Assembly: GCA_043806135.1 (NCBI GenBank)
Contig: JAZDHG010000064.1
Location: 6,535-70,534 of the forward strand
Reading direction: 5' to 3'
Length of the DNA stretch: 64,000 nt
Source of the DNA: Candidatus Omnitrophota bacterium
GTDB lineage: Bacteria; Omnitrophota; Gorgyraeia; B26-G9
The translations under genes were made by a program, and so were the position numbers. The notes below the pieces were generated by a model, which was not told where the DNA came from, searched no databases, and saw only the letters and a list, made by a program, of their open reading frames with translations. This document shows, one piece after another, positions 45,841 through 55,758 of the stretch (its first letter is position 1; every line of letters starts with the position of its first letter).

Positions 45841-45983
45841 ACACGTTACACGTTTGCCGGTTACGATACCCGTTTCGGTTTTCGGTTACGTTTTTCGTGT
45901 TTAAAAAACTGTTATTTCTTATCTGCATCCGTAGCCGCCACCGTCATACGATACGGGTTTCGTTACCCTAACCGTTACCGGTT
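45841..45983. repeat. Degenerate ~6-nt period repeat (CGTTAC/CGGTT-like)
   Basis: acacgttacacgtttgccggttacgatacccgtttcggttttcggttacg ... cgttaccctaaccgttaccggtta, directly after the asnB stop. Confidence 0.6.
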
Positions 45984-47861
45984 AGTATCTATAAATTCCC
46001 TATGCCACAATTCAAGCATGAGCAATGCACCTATTTTATAGCCATTATCACATTTACGCTGCATATGTTCATCAATAACTTCCTGAACTGCTTCTTTTCT
46101 GAAATATCCTCTATTTAAAGTCAACGGATCAAAAAGTAAATTCATAATATATTCTTTTAGTTTGCCTCTATACCACTGCCCTATAGGAAGACCAAACCCT
46201 TGTTTTTTGCGTCTGATAATTTGCCGGGGCAGATTATTCTTAAAAGCTTGTTTTAAAATATACTTATTAGAAAAATTATGCAGTTTTAAATCATATGGGA
46301 TTGTTGCTGCAAACTCCATAAACTTATGGTCAAGAAACGGTGAACGCGCCTCTAAAGAATGAGCCATGGTCGCAATATCGGTTTTAACCAGCAAGTCATA
46401 AGGGAGATAGCTTTCTATTTCCGCCTGTCTGGTAAGATCGGAAAAGTCCCGTCCGCTTTTATGCTTATAATCGCCGGCAAAAACAGACTGATCTTGCCTA
46501 AGATTTACATGCCGGAGAAAATCATGATTATAGAGAGATCCCTTTTCCTCATAATTGAAAGCAGATATCCACCGCAGATACCGGTCCTGCGGATCATAAT
46601 GCAGGCTTTTAAAGAATCTTTTTATCTGCCAGTTTGTTTTCCTGATATCATCACTGGCATATAGATTTTGCATAAACCCATTTATTGAACTGACCAAAAA
46701 ACCGGGCAGCAAGCTGAAAATTTCAGCCATCCGGCAAGCTGTATAACGGTAGTAGCCGGCAAATGATTCATCTCCGCCGTCACCTGTTAAGACGACCTTG
46801 ACCGAACGTGCAGCAAATTCTGCCAAATAATAGGTAGGTATGCATGAGTAATCGGCAAAAGGCTCTCCGTAGTGCTTTGTGATCTTCGGCAGGACATCAA
46901 GCACATTTGGATTCACGATCAGCTCATTATGTTTTGTCTGAAATTTGTTGGCAACACTGCCGGCAAAATCAAGCTCATTATACAGTTGGTTTGCAAATCC
47001 CACGGAAAATGTGTTCAAAGATTCGCTTGAATTCTTTGCCATTAAAGCAACTATTGCGCTTGAGTCTATACCGCCGCTTAAAAAAGCGCCCAGCGGCACA
47101 TCACTAACCATGCGTTTACGAACAGCATCCTCGAGATTCGCCGTAAGACCCTCTTTATATTCGTTGAGACTTTTTCTTGGACAAACCTTGTGCACAAGTC
47201 TCCAGTATCTTTTTACTTCAACCATATTTTTCTCAATAACCATATAATGCGCAGGCAAAAGTTTTCTTATGTTTTTAAACATGGTCCAGGGAGCCGGAAC
47301 GTATAAAAAAGTCAGATATAAATTAAGCGCCTCACGATCAACCTCTCTTTTAATAAAAGGAGCCTGTACAAGTGCATTCAACTCTGAAGCAAAGGCAAAA
47401 CAATCATGATCATGCCAATACACAAGCGGCTTTTTCCCTAAGCGGTCCCGGGCGATAAAAAGTTTTTTATTTTTCTGATTCCAAAGAGCAAAGGCAAACA
47501 TTCCCTCAAGATAATCCAGGCATTTAAGAGCGTACTCCTCATATAGGTGCACGATCACTTCCGCATCGCCTCTGGAACGGAAAACATGCCCTTTTTTTTC
47601 AAGATCCAAGCGTAGCTGCCTGAAATTATATATTTCCCCGTTAAATACAAGACAAAGACTCCGGTCTTCATTATAAATAGGCTGATCACCGGTTTTAAGA
47701 TCAATTATTGACAGCCGCCTATGCCCAAGCCCGACATTATTTTTAATAAAAAAACCCTGTGCATCCGGGCCGCGGTGCACCAGCGCATCGGTCATTTTCT
47801 GCAGTGTATTCTCATCTACAGCCTTATTATTAAAATTTATTATTCCGCATATCCCGCACAT
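45975..47861 (-). CDS. asnB: Asparagine synthase (glutamine-hydrolysing)-like amidotransferase, glycan-locus type
   Basis: MCGICG Ntn Cys, HRGPD, FNGEIYN, LSGGIDSS, GDGGDE, RKKQGF. Confidence 0.93.
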   Translation of the reverse strand: MCGICGIINFNNKAVDENTLQKMTDALVHRGPDAQGFFIKNNVGLGHRRLSIIDLKTGDQPIYNEDRSLCLVFNGEIYNFRQLRLDLEKKGHVFRSRGDAEVIVHLYEEYALKCLDYLEGMFAFALWNQKNKKLFIARDRLGKKPLVYWHDHDCFAFASELNALVQAPFIKREVDREALNLYLTFLYVPAPWTMFKNIRKLLPAHYMVIEKNMVEVKRYWRLVHKVCPRKSLNEYKEGLTANLEDAVRKRMVSDVPLGAFLSGGIDSSAIVALMAKNSSESLNTFSVGFANQLYNELDFAGSVANKFQTKHNELIVNPNVLDVLPKITKHYGEPFADYSCIPTYYLAEFAARSVKVVLTGDGGDESFAGYYRYTACRMAEIFSLLPGFLVSSINGFMQNLYASDDIRKTNWQIKRFFKSLHYDPQDRYLRWISAFNYEEKGSLYNHDFLRHVNLRQDQSVFAGDYKHKSGRDFSDLTRQAEIESYLPYDLLVKTDIATMAHSLEARSPFLDHKFMEFAATIPYDLKLHNFSNKYILKQAFKNNLPRQIIRRKKQGFGLPIGQWYRGKLKEYIMNLLFDPLTLNRGYFRKEAVQEVIDEHMQRKCDNGYKIGALLMLELWHREFIDTNR

Positions 47862-47863
47862 AT

Positions 47864-48943
47864 TTATTTGTATCCTTTTAAAACAAGATCAAACACTGAT
47901 TTTAATTTTGAGGCATTTGCCTTAAGCGAATATTTTTCTTCAATAATATTACGCGCTTCTTGAGCAACACTTTTCCTTAAATTTTTATCATCTATCAGTG
48001 CAGTCAACTTCTCTATCCACTCTTTTTTACTTGAAACCAGAAACCCATTCTTCCCATCAATTATTATGTCTTTATAAACACCGGCATTAGAACATACCAC
48101 CGGGATACCGCAGGACATGTACTGCAATGCTTTAAGCCCGCATTTTCCTTTACCCCATCCATCATCATGCAATGGAGCAACGCCGATATCCAATTCATGC
48201 AAATCCGCCACTTCTGTGTTTATATCCCATTTTTTATTAACTACCTTGACACCTTGTATAGCAAAATCCTTTCCCCCGATAATATGCAGGCAGATATTAA
48301 ATTTTTTACTTAATTGTTTAAATACGTCTTCAATATTTTTGAGATAAAAAAGAGAGTGCTCTGTACCGATCCATCCGACAACGGTCTGGTCATTATCATT
48401 TATGAGCTTTTTCTTAATATAGAATTTATCTGTATCCACACAGGTAGGAATAACACATACATTAGGGCTGAAACGACCGGCATATTCTCCCAGATAAGCA
48501 TTTCCGGCAATAACATGCCTGCTGCCCTTGATTATTTCCCTGATATTATTCTTGAACCTGAATTTATAGATAAAACTATCACGCTGAGAAGGAATAAGGA
48601 AAATCGCATCATCAAAATCAAAAATCACATTTTTGTTCAGCTTCATTATTATCTTCTCAATCACAGGGAATATCTGCGGAAAGATTTCCCTTTGTATAAA
48701 AACAATATCATAACCGGGAGCTCTCATTGCATCAATCAAGCGTTTAAAAAACACCCGTACAAGCGCAGCAAATTTGCGTAATGAATTTTTCTCTGAATAC
48801 ACCTTAAGGTAATGATTTTTTTTAACTCCAGGGCTTATCACGCATTCAATCCCCTGTGCTTTTAAATAATCCAGGTACTGGTATACTCTATAGCGGCTTG
48901 CCGGGCCGTCGATATCTGTCTGCGTCAAAAATAAAACTTTCAT
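47864..48943 (-). CDS. Glycosyltransferase family 4
   Basis: SRYRVYQY, FDFDDAIF, VGWIG, GKCGLKALQYM. Confidence 0.9.
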   Translation of the reverse strand: MKVLFLTQTDIDGPASRYRVYQYLDYLKAQGIECVISPGVKKNHYLKVYSEKNSLRKFAALVRVFFKRLIDAMRAPGYDIVFIQREIFPQIFPVIEKIIMKLNKNVIFDFDDAIFLIPSQRDSFIYKFRFKNNIREIIKGSRHVIAGNAYLGEYAGRFSPNVCVIPTCVDTDKFYIKKKLINDNDQTVVGWIGTEHSLFYLKNIEDVFKQLSKKFNICLHIIGGKDFAIQGVKVVNKKWDINTEVADLHELDIGVAPLHDDGWGKGKCGLKALQYMSCGIPVVCSNAGVYKDIIIDGKNGFLVSSKKEWIEKLTALIDDKNLRKSVAQEARNIIEEKYSLKANASKLKSVFDLVLKGYK

Positions 48944-49023
48944 TTACTCGACCTATTAAAGTACTATTATTTAATGATTCATATTTATCAACTTCTTCTA
49001 TATCAAAACAATAATTATTCCAA

Positions 49024-49992
49024 CTAGTATTTAACTTTGGTTTTTAATTTATTAAGGGCTTTTTTATTTGCTGCATTAAATCCGTTTTTTTGAAGACTTA
49101 TGAAATACGCAAAAACCAGCCTAGTGAATCGATTAAACATGAGAAAAACAAAAACAAAATTTATTAAGCTCAGTATTCTAACCAAAACAGCTTTTAATAA
49201 CCCCTGATGTTTTTTGAAATAACGATACATGCCGGAGTAAAAATAGCCGTAATTTTTTTTAAACGGCAACTGACCTACTGCGCCGCCTCCAAAATGAACT
49301 GCCTTCGCATCCGGCAGCATATGTATCTCATAGCCGGACGACCAGACTCTTTTGCAAAAATCTACGTCATTAAAATATATCGGGAAAATTTCGTCAAACA
49401 ATCCGATTTCTCGGATAATTTTTTTAGGAATCATTAAGCAGGAAGCACCTGCTTGCTCGATTTTTTCAACTTTGTCAAATTTAAGGTCTCGATAAAAATA
49501 ATGGTTCATAAATTTATTTTTGAGAAAAAACTTATCCGATATTCTCCCCAGGTAAAAGAAATAAAAAAACACAGTATTTAGATCGGGGAATCGCCGGTAA
49601 AACTCTTCTTGAAAAGTCCCGTCTGGATTCAATACACGACAAGTCAAGGCCCCCAAACGTGGCCTATTAGAAGCATACTTTACCATGCCTTCAAAAGCAT
49701 CCGGATAAATTATACTGTCCGGATTAAGCAGTAAAATAAAGTTTCCTGTGGCTAATTCTACCCCCTGGTTATTTGCCTTTGCGTAGCCCAGGTTTGAATC
49801 ATTCATCAATAGTTTGACTTGTGGAAAATTAGCTTTAAGCATACTTAGACTGTTGTCGCTGGAATGGTTATCAACAACAATAACCTCAAAACCTATTCTG
49901 CTTGGCACTTCATATATTGCCTCTAAGCATTGTTTTAAATACTTTTCTGTATTCCAGTTAACAATAATAATTGATAATAATTTTTTATCCAT
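49024..49992 (-). CDS. Glycosyltransferase family 2 (rhamnosyltransferase-like)
   Basis: SIIIVNWN, VVDNHSSD, N.GYAKANN, LLLNPD, FDE.F..Y.NDVD. Confidence 0.92.
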   Translation of the reverse strand: MDKKLLSIIIVNWNTEKYLKQCLEAIYEVPSRIGFEVIVVDNHSSDNSLSMLKANFPQVKLLMNDSNLGYAKANNQGVELATGNFILLLNPDSIIYPDAFEGMVKYASNRPRLGALTCRVLNPDGTFQEEFYRRFPDLNTVFFYFFYLGRISDKFFLKNKFMNHYFYRDLKFDKVEKIEQAGASCLMIPKKIIREIGLFDEIFPIYFNDVDFCKRVWSSGYEIHMLPDAKAVHFGGGAVGQLPFKKNYGYFYSGMYRYFKKHQGLLKAVLVRILSLINFVFVFLMFNRFTRLVFAYFISLQKNGFNAANKKALNKLKTKVKY

Positions 49993-49993
49993 A

Positions 49994-51736
49994 TTATCTT
50001 AATTTCAACTTTCTAATGAAATTTCCCACAAAACGTATCGGAGCAGTTATTTTCCAGGATGTCGTTTTTTTTAATTGACTTATTTGATAACAAAGACTCT
50101 GATTTTCTTTATGCAACTGAAGCATTTCACAATTGAGCTTTTCCACTAATAGGTCTGTTGGTTTTTTAAACTTATATGTGCGTATAAAAAAGGAAAGCAT
50201 CTTTTGGGCAGATTCATCCCAATTAAAAGAAACTGCTTTATTATAAGCATTTTCGCGCAATAGAGCGCATAATCGTTTATCTTCTATCAATCGTATTATA
50301 TTAGCAGTCAATAATTCATTTTTTTGTATTGGGCTAACCAAGGCTGTTTCCTCGTTTATTGCATAATCTCTATTTCCCTTTTGATCGGTACAAGCAACCA
50401 CACATTTGCAAGACATCGCCTCAAGACTAGGCAATCCAAAACCTTCCAACCAACTCGCAGAAATAAAAATATCGCATGAATTATAAAACTCATTTAAGTT
50501 TTGTTGTTGGGGGTTATGCCAGTATTCATCGCATGTAACTTTTGCCGGTTTAGGCTGTGTACCCATAAGAATACACTTTGCATTCTTGTATTGTTTTTTA
50601 ACAAGCGCGATACTTTTCATTCCATCCTCTGCCCCCTTAAAAAGAAGCTGGCTGTAAACCATTCCTATACGAATACTTTTTTTATCATAGCGTTGTCTTA
50701 GCGAGGGCTCGGGATAAAGCTGCTCATGATTTATCCCCAAAGATACAAGCTCAACCCTATCGTGAGTATTCTCTTCTATTATATTTTTAAGCCATTTGGA
50801 AACTGTCATTTTCTGAAGAGGAAGCCCATATGCATACATAAATTTCATTCCCGGGTGTACAAGAGGCTCAAGATGCTGTATAAAATAATATTTCTGTCCT
50901 GCTTTTTTAGGCGCATTATAAACCAGCGGAACCGTATCAGATAAGGTTGCTATAAGAATGTCGGAAATCGGCAAAAGTTTAACATAGGAGTCCTGATCTG
51001 TTTCAATAATACGCACAGAAGGATTTAAATCAAACCAATCCGGGGTGCTGCTTGATAAAGATAACACATTAACTAAGTGACCTCTTTGCACTAAATTATT
51101 GCAATACTCAAGTATTACTTTTACTCCTCCTGAAACATCCAAACCCGGGATAAGAAACGTTATAGAAAAAATTTTTCTGCTGAACTTCATAGCATCTTTT
51201 GATATGAATCCCGCATCAAAATTCTTATCCAGCTCAAATCCAAAACGAGCAAATAAATCTACCCAATATTCCGGCAAATGCTGATTGATATGCGTAACAT
51301 CAGGATGCATGAAATTTGAACTTGAAGAAAAAAGAACAGTATCTGTGTGACCGCAGATATTAGCTATCGCACATTTTGCTTCTCCATCTGGCAGATGCTC
51401 CATTACTTCTATACAAGTAATTAAATCATACTCATCTTCCAACGGATCTGTGACCGATAACTTCCTGCAATAAGCCCGGATATCTTCCAATGCATTATCA
51501 ATAGCATATTCTGAGATATCAATACCGAAAGCACTAATTTTTTGCCCACGCAAAGCGCTGACCAAAAATCCCCTGGCACAACCTACATCAAGCAGCTTAC
51601 CAGGATTCAACCTGGTTTTTATAACCTTTGCCACAGATTGATTGAATTCTAAAAAATGTTTATGCTCATAAGGCCCATTATTCGCATAGTTTTCAAAGTA
51701 ATTTCTATCAAATTTTTTTTCTTCCATCATTATCAC
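49994..51736 (-). CDS. SAM methyltransferase-GT4 fusion with C-terminal coiled coil (putative glycan chain terminator)
   Basis: LDVGCARG and CIEVMEH; then SGGVKV, YFIQH.E and EGFGLPSLEAM; tail LQLHKENQSL...SWKITAPIR. Confidence 0.85.
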   Translation of the reverse strand: MIMMEEKKFDRNYFENYANNGPYEHKHFLEFNQSVAKVIKTRLNPGKLLDVGCARGFLVSALRGQKISAFGIDISEYAIDNALEDIRAYCRKLSVTDPLEDEYDLITCIEVMEHLPDGEAKCAIANICGHTDTVLFSSSSNFMHPDVTHINQHLPEYWVDLFARFGFELDKNFDAGFISKDAMKFSRKIFSITFLIPGLDVSGGVKVILEYCNNLVQRGHLVNVLSLSSSTPDWFDLNPSVRIIETDQDSYVKLLPISDILIATLSDTVPLVYNAPKKAGQKYYFIQHLEPLVHPGMKFMYAYGLPLQKMTVSKWLKNIIEENTHDRVELVSLGINHEQLYPEPSLRQRYDKKSIRIGMVYSQLLFKGAEDGMKSIALVKKQYKNAKCILMGTQPKPAKVTCDEYWHNPQQQNLNEFYNSCDIFISASWLEGFGLPSLEAMSCKCVVACTDQKGNRDYAINEETALVSPIQKNELLTANIIRLIEDKRLCALLRENAYNKAVSFNWDESAQKMLSFFIRTYKFKKPTDLLVEKLNCEMLQLHKENQSLCYQISQLKKTTSWKITAPIRFVGNFIRKLKLR

Positions 51737-52980
51737 CTGTTATTTTCACAATTTAAAAAAGTAATCGCAGCATCTAGAAAAACAATGCCTTCTGCATTGG
51801 AGTTCCCGTTTACTGAAAAACTGACCATATCATTACGATAATCAAGGAAGGAAATCCCTTCTTTATAGGAAACAGCCGGAGTAATGCAATAGGCTCCAGG
51901 AAGCAAATTAGCTGTAAAAGAAAAGTCAACACAGACTACTTGTTCTGCCAATATTTTCCCCAGCTTTTTCCCCTCTTGAAACGTATGCATATTATGTACC
52001 CGTATTCCTTTTTCATCGTTAATTATAAATCCGATTATAGGATCTTCTACGTCTTTATAAAATTTTATATTTGCTTTTAAAGTCGCTCTGGATGAAGTTT
52101 GTAGGCACTGTGTTTCATTGTTATTTCCATCGTATAATTTGGCTGAAATTATTTTTGCATCTTGGCTTCCAAAACGCTCAATAGTTTTCGGCATGTCAAC
52201 AATAGAAGCTTTGATGATTCGCTCGCTCATCAGCTGTTTAAATATTTTAACAATATTAAGAGAATCTCCTGTTGCTTTTACAGACCCTGAGCAAAGCATA
52301 ATCGCCGAATTTGCATGATAAGTTATTTTATGCAAATCATGAGAAATAAGTATTATTGTTGTACCTCTTTTTTTCAGTAATTGAATTTTTTCAAAACATT
52401 TATTTTGAAAAGCAATATCTCCGACTGCAAGCACCTCATCTATCAATAATATTTCCGGTTCGCAATGCACGGCTACAGCAAATCCAAGCCTTACAAACAT
52501 GCCGCTTGAATAAAATTTTACAGGTGTATCTAAAAAATCTCCGATATCCGCAAAATCAACTATTTGATCAAATTTTTTATCGATTTCTCGTTTATTCATT
52601 CCTAATATTGCTCCGTTTATATAAATATTTTCTCTGCCAGTCAACAGGGGATGGAATCCTGCTCCTACCTCAATAAGTGCGCCAATTCTTCCTCGAATGG
52701 TTATTTTTCCCTTATCCGGCCAAAATATTCCATTGAGCAGTTTTAAAAGGGTGGTCTTGCCGGCCCCATTAGCACCGATAACTCCAACGGTTTGTCCTCT
52801 TTTCACCTCAAAATTAATATCATCCAAAGCCCAGAATTCTCCCTCGCGTAATTTATGCGAATTAGAACTTAAGCCGACAGTGTTTCTCAGAATATCATTC
52901 ACTCCATAAATCATCGAACGCTTCAGAGATTTACAGTATTTTTTTGACACATGCTCTACTTTTATCGCAAAATCATTCAT
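51733..52980 (-). CDS. wzt: Polysaccharide ABC exporter ATPase with C-terminal carbohydrate-binding domain
   Basis: GANGAGKTT, YSSGMFVRLGF, DEVLAVGD.AFQ.KC, Wzt_C (RFGS...I..., L.PG.Y). Confidence 0.93.
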   Translation of the reverse strand: MNDFAIKVEHVSKKYCKSLKRSMIYGVNDILRNTVGLSSNSHKLREGEFWALDDINFEVKRGQTVGVIGANGAGKTTLLKLLNGIFWPDKGKITIRGRIGALIEVGAGFHPLLTGRENIYINGAILGMNKREIDKKFDQIVDFADIGDFLDTPVKFYSSGMFVRLGFAVAVHCEPEILLIDEVLAVGDIAFQNKCFEKIQLLKKRGTTIILISHDLHKITYHANSAIMLCSGSVKATGDSLNIVKIFKQLMSERIIKASIVDMPKTIERFGSQDAKIISAKLYDGNNNETQCLQTSSRATLKANIKFYKDVEDPIIGFIINDEKGIRVHNMHTFQEGKKLGKILAEQVVCVDFSFTANLLPGAYCITPAVSYKEGISFLDYRNDMVSFSVNGNSNAEGIVFLDAAITFLNCENNR

Positions 52981-52981
52981 T

Positions 52982-53845
52982 TTATATCCTCTCGGCAACT
53001 CTTGTTTCTGTTAAATGAAAAATTACTAAACAGACGACAAAAATCGCAAAAGACAAAATAACAGAAATAAAAACCCCTATCCAATCCGGCCTTGAATTCA
53101 TTATACCCATCAAAATGATATTTCTAGGCACACAAACAAGGTAATATAGCATGTTATAATTCGTCAGATGAGCAAGCATACCTGTTGCAGGTCTAGCATA
53201 CAAAACAGGAGTTAAAAACATAAAAAAAGTCATCAGGATAGAAAGCGCATTGCCTATATCGCGGAAGATACCATTTAGAAGAGATAAAATAAAACCAAAG
53301 CCTAGAGAAAGGCATATGATCGGAAAAACAAGCATCGGTAAAAATAAAATTAAAATGCTGGGTCTAATTTGATAATAAATGCACAAAATTACAAATAAAG
53401 TCATTTGGATTAAAAAAGAAACAATTGCTTGTCCAAAAGAAGCAATAATCAGGGACTTTTTTGAAAAGTTAATTTTTACGATCATCGATCCGGCTTTTAC
53501 AAGAGAATTGGAAGTAGAGATTAAACCCGCTGCAAACAGTTGCCAAAATGCCACTCCTAATATGGCATATACCGGATATGGCACATTGATATCGCCAAAA
53601 GTAAATATACCGGAACGTTTCAAAATCACAAATGTTCCGACACTCACTAAAGGAAAGATAAATACCCACATAATACCAATGAAAGACTGCTTGTAAAGAG
53701 TCAAAAAATCTCTTTTAAATAATTGGTAAGTAAGCCATCGGTTTTCTTTCAGTTCATCGAAGATTTCTCTAAAAATAGACAAATATCCTTTTTTGATCGA
53801 ATTATCCGGCTCGCACACAGTAATGCGCTGTCTTGTTTGCTCCAC
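52982..53845 (-). CDS. wzm: Polysaccharide ABC exporter permease
   Basis: RDF...YKQS.IG..W, FRDI, FLTPVLY; six TMs. Confidence 0.92.
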   Translation of the reverse strand: MEQTRQRITVCEPDNSIKKGYLSIFREIFDELKENRWLTYQLFKRDFLTLYKQSFIGIMWVFIFPLVSVGTFVILKRSGIFTFGDINVPYPVYAILGVAFWQLFAAGLISTSNSLVKAGSMIVKINFSKKSLIIASFGQAIVSFLIQMTLFVILCIYYQIRPSILILFLPMLVFPIICLSLGFGFILSLLNGIFRDIGNALSILMTFFMFLTPVLYARPATGMLAHLTNYNMLYYLVCVPRNIILMGIMNSRPDWIGVFISVILSFAIFVVCLVIFHLTETRVAERI

Positions 53846-53859
53846 AACCTTCTCCTATA

Positions 53860-54354
53860 TCATTTTAACAATTTCAAAAAGTCCAATTTTCCTAAAAGAC
53901 TATTTGTTTTAATACACATATTTTCTACTTTTTTGATTTTATCTTCCAAATTTATTATTTGCCCCTTAGATTGAGTGCTTTTCAGATGTCCAATTTTTCC
54001 TTTTGCCCTTTTAATAACCAGATTTAATTCTTCAAATCTCTGTCTTAATCCATGCTCCAGCTGATTGACCACAACATTTATTGTATCGGTGTTAGCCTCG
54101 TAAAAATCCTTACGTGTACCCTTAACCCAAACCTTACGCACTGCCTGCCAGCGTTCCAAAGCTCGGATATTTGTACTTACATAGCCTTTACTGACTCTAA
54201 GTTTTTCCATCATTTCATCCAGGGACATGGGTTTTTCGCTCAAAAACAACAGAACATAAAGCTGCCCGGCTACACGGTTAATGCCTAAAGAAGCCGCAAA
54301 GTTACTTCCCCCATCCACCAGTTCATCAATTATAGCGTTAAATTGCTCTCTCAT
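53860..54354 (-). CDS. GbsR/MarR-family transcriptional regulator
   Basis: GINRVAGQLY..L..SEKPMSLDEM...L.VSKG.VS..IR.L..W..V......G.RKDFY. Confidence 0.85.
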   Translation of the reverse strand: MREQFNAIIDELVDGGSNFAASLGINRVAGQLYVLLFLSEKPMSLDEMMEKLRVSKGYVSTNIRALERWQAVRKVWVKGTRKDFYEANTDTINVVVNQLEHGLRQRFEELNLVIKRAKGKIGHLKSTQSKGQIINLEDKIKKVENMCIKTNSLLGKLDFLKLLK

Positions 54355-54365
54355 GATTTCTCCTT

Positions 54366-54403
54366 TGTTTAGAACGTTTAATATATTCTAAACGTTCTAA
54401 ACA
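54366..54403. promoter_or_regulatory. Perfect 15-bp inverted-repeat operator
   Basis: TGTTTAGAACGTTTA-8 nt-TAAACGTTCTAAACA between the -10 box and the RBS of the GbsR-like gene. Confidence 0.8.
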
Positions 54404-54405
54404 TA

Positions 54406-54434
54406 AATATATCATATTATTCATTATTTTTCAA
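54406..54434 (-). promoter_or_regulatory. sigma70-type promoter of the gbsR-wzm-wzt operon
   Basis: TTGAAA-17 nt-TATATT with TG extension. Confidence 0.7.
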
Positions 54435-54580
54435 GTTTAGAAAAGACAGAGCAAAGGTGAGAAAAATAAAACTTATAATTTCAGCAATTCCAATTAATAA
54501 CATAAAGATAACTCATCGGTAGTTTACACTCTTATTTGAATCATGCGTTTTCTATCTGTGTTCATCTGCGTCTTTTAACA

Positions 54581-54757
54581 TCAGCGATCATCTGTGATAT
54601 CAAACTCCTCTGCCTCATCAACAAGCATAACAGGGATATCGTCTTTTATCGGATACCTTCTGTGACACTTGGTGCAAATCAGCTTTTCTGATTCAAGCCT
54701 CACGCTCACTTTACAAACAGGACAAGCCAGTATTTCCAGCAATTCTTTACTAATCAT
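54581..54757 (-). CDS. Trm112/YcaR-family small protein (58 aa)
   Basis: Not in ORF track: MISKELLEILACPVCK...LICTKCHRRYPIKDDIPVMLVDEA; GAGGAGG RBS, ATGA overlap with the upstream gene. Confidence 0.9.
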   Translation of the reverse strand: MISKELLEILACPVCKVSVRLESEKLICTKCHRRYPIKDDIPVMLVDEAEEFDITDDR

Positions 54758-55716
54758 AGAGCTACCTCCTCTTTGTTTATCTTGCCATAAAACATATATA
54801 TAACTCCACCTACCATACTAATGGGAATCATCAATCCTAAATAAAGTATCGCGAGCGCCACAGCATATTCCGGAGCCATGAGATCCTTAAAAAAATATAC
54901 AAACGCCCCTTCTCTGACCCCTAAACCGTTTATAGAAGGCAGAATACTTACTATTTGGATAACCGGTATTAACACATAAAAAGTAGCTATGGGAATATTC
55001 AGTGATAAACTGCGGGACAATAGATAAACACAGAAAATAATCATAACCTGTCCGATGAACCCGTAAAAAAAAGCATTTAATGTTTTTGTTGATTTACTAA
55101 ACCGGGATATAGTATCAATTAGTTTAACTATCCAGTGTTCAAATTTTACCAGCTTAAACATTTGGCACAAGGAAATAATAGCTGAGGTTAATCCTTTAAA
55201 AAAAATCAGGCTGTAAATCCCGCTGACTATCAAAACAAAAGTCATGATTATAAGTTTGGCTGCGCTATTTGTTATAAGCTCGCCCTTAAACAATAAAGCC
55301 AATCCGCCCAGAATGGTTAAAGCCGTAAGCCCCAATATTCTATCCATCATTATAGACGAAAAAGGCTCTATGAAATTTTTTGCCCTCTTTTTAGCATAAT
55401 ACAGCTTAATTACATCTCCGCCAATGGTTGAAGGCATGAAATTATTAAAAAATATACCCAAAAAAGCAAGTTTTATCGACTCAAACCCTGAAAAGTAAAT
55501 TTCCTGGATCTCAAACAGGCATTTCAAACGAAAAGCATTAATAACTAGTACACAGATGCCAACAGTTAATGCCAGCAAGAATAATCCGCTATTAACCGAG
55601 CGAATCGTATCCAATAGTTCATCGAACCTACCCCGCATAAAAAAGCAGAGCATAAGAAACAATGCGGTACTGATAAAAATACGCAAATATAACAACCGAC
55701 TATTTTTACTTTTCAT
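54754..55716 (-). CDS. Lysylphosphatidylglycerol-synthase TM-domain (flippase-like, UPF0104) protein
   Basis: FFNNFMPSTIGGD, DRILG, LPSINGLGVREG. Confidence 0.88.
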   Translation of the reverse strand: MKSKNSRLLYLRIFISTALFLMLCFFMRGRFDELLDTIRSVNSGLFLLALTVGICVLVINAFRLKCLFEIQEIYFSGFESIKLAFLGIFFNNFMPSTIGGDVIKLYYAKKRAKNFIEPFSSIMMDRILGLTALTILGGLALLFKGELITNSAAKLIIMTFVLIVSGIYSLIFFKGLTSAIISLCQMFKLVKFEHWIVKLIDTISRFSKSTKTLNAFFYGFIGQVMIIFCVYLLSRSLSLNIPIATFYVLIPVIQIVSILPSINGLGVREGAFVYFFKDLMAPEYAVALAILYLGLMIPISMVGGVIYMFYGKINKEEVAL

Positions 55717-55758
55717 TTCCAGTTATGATCCCAGCAGTTTTTACTCTTTCTTCAAATA

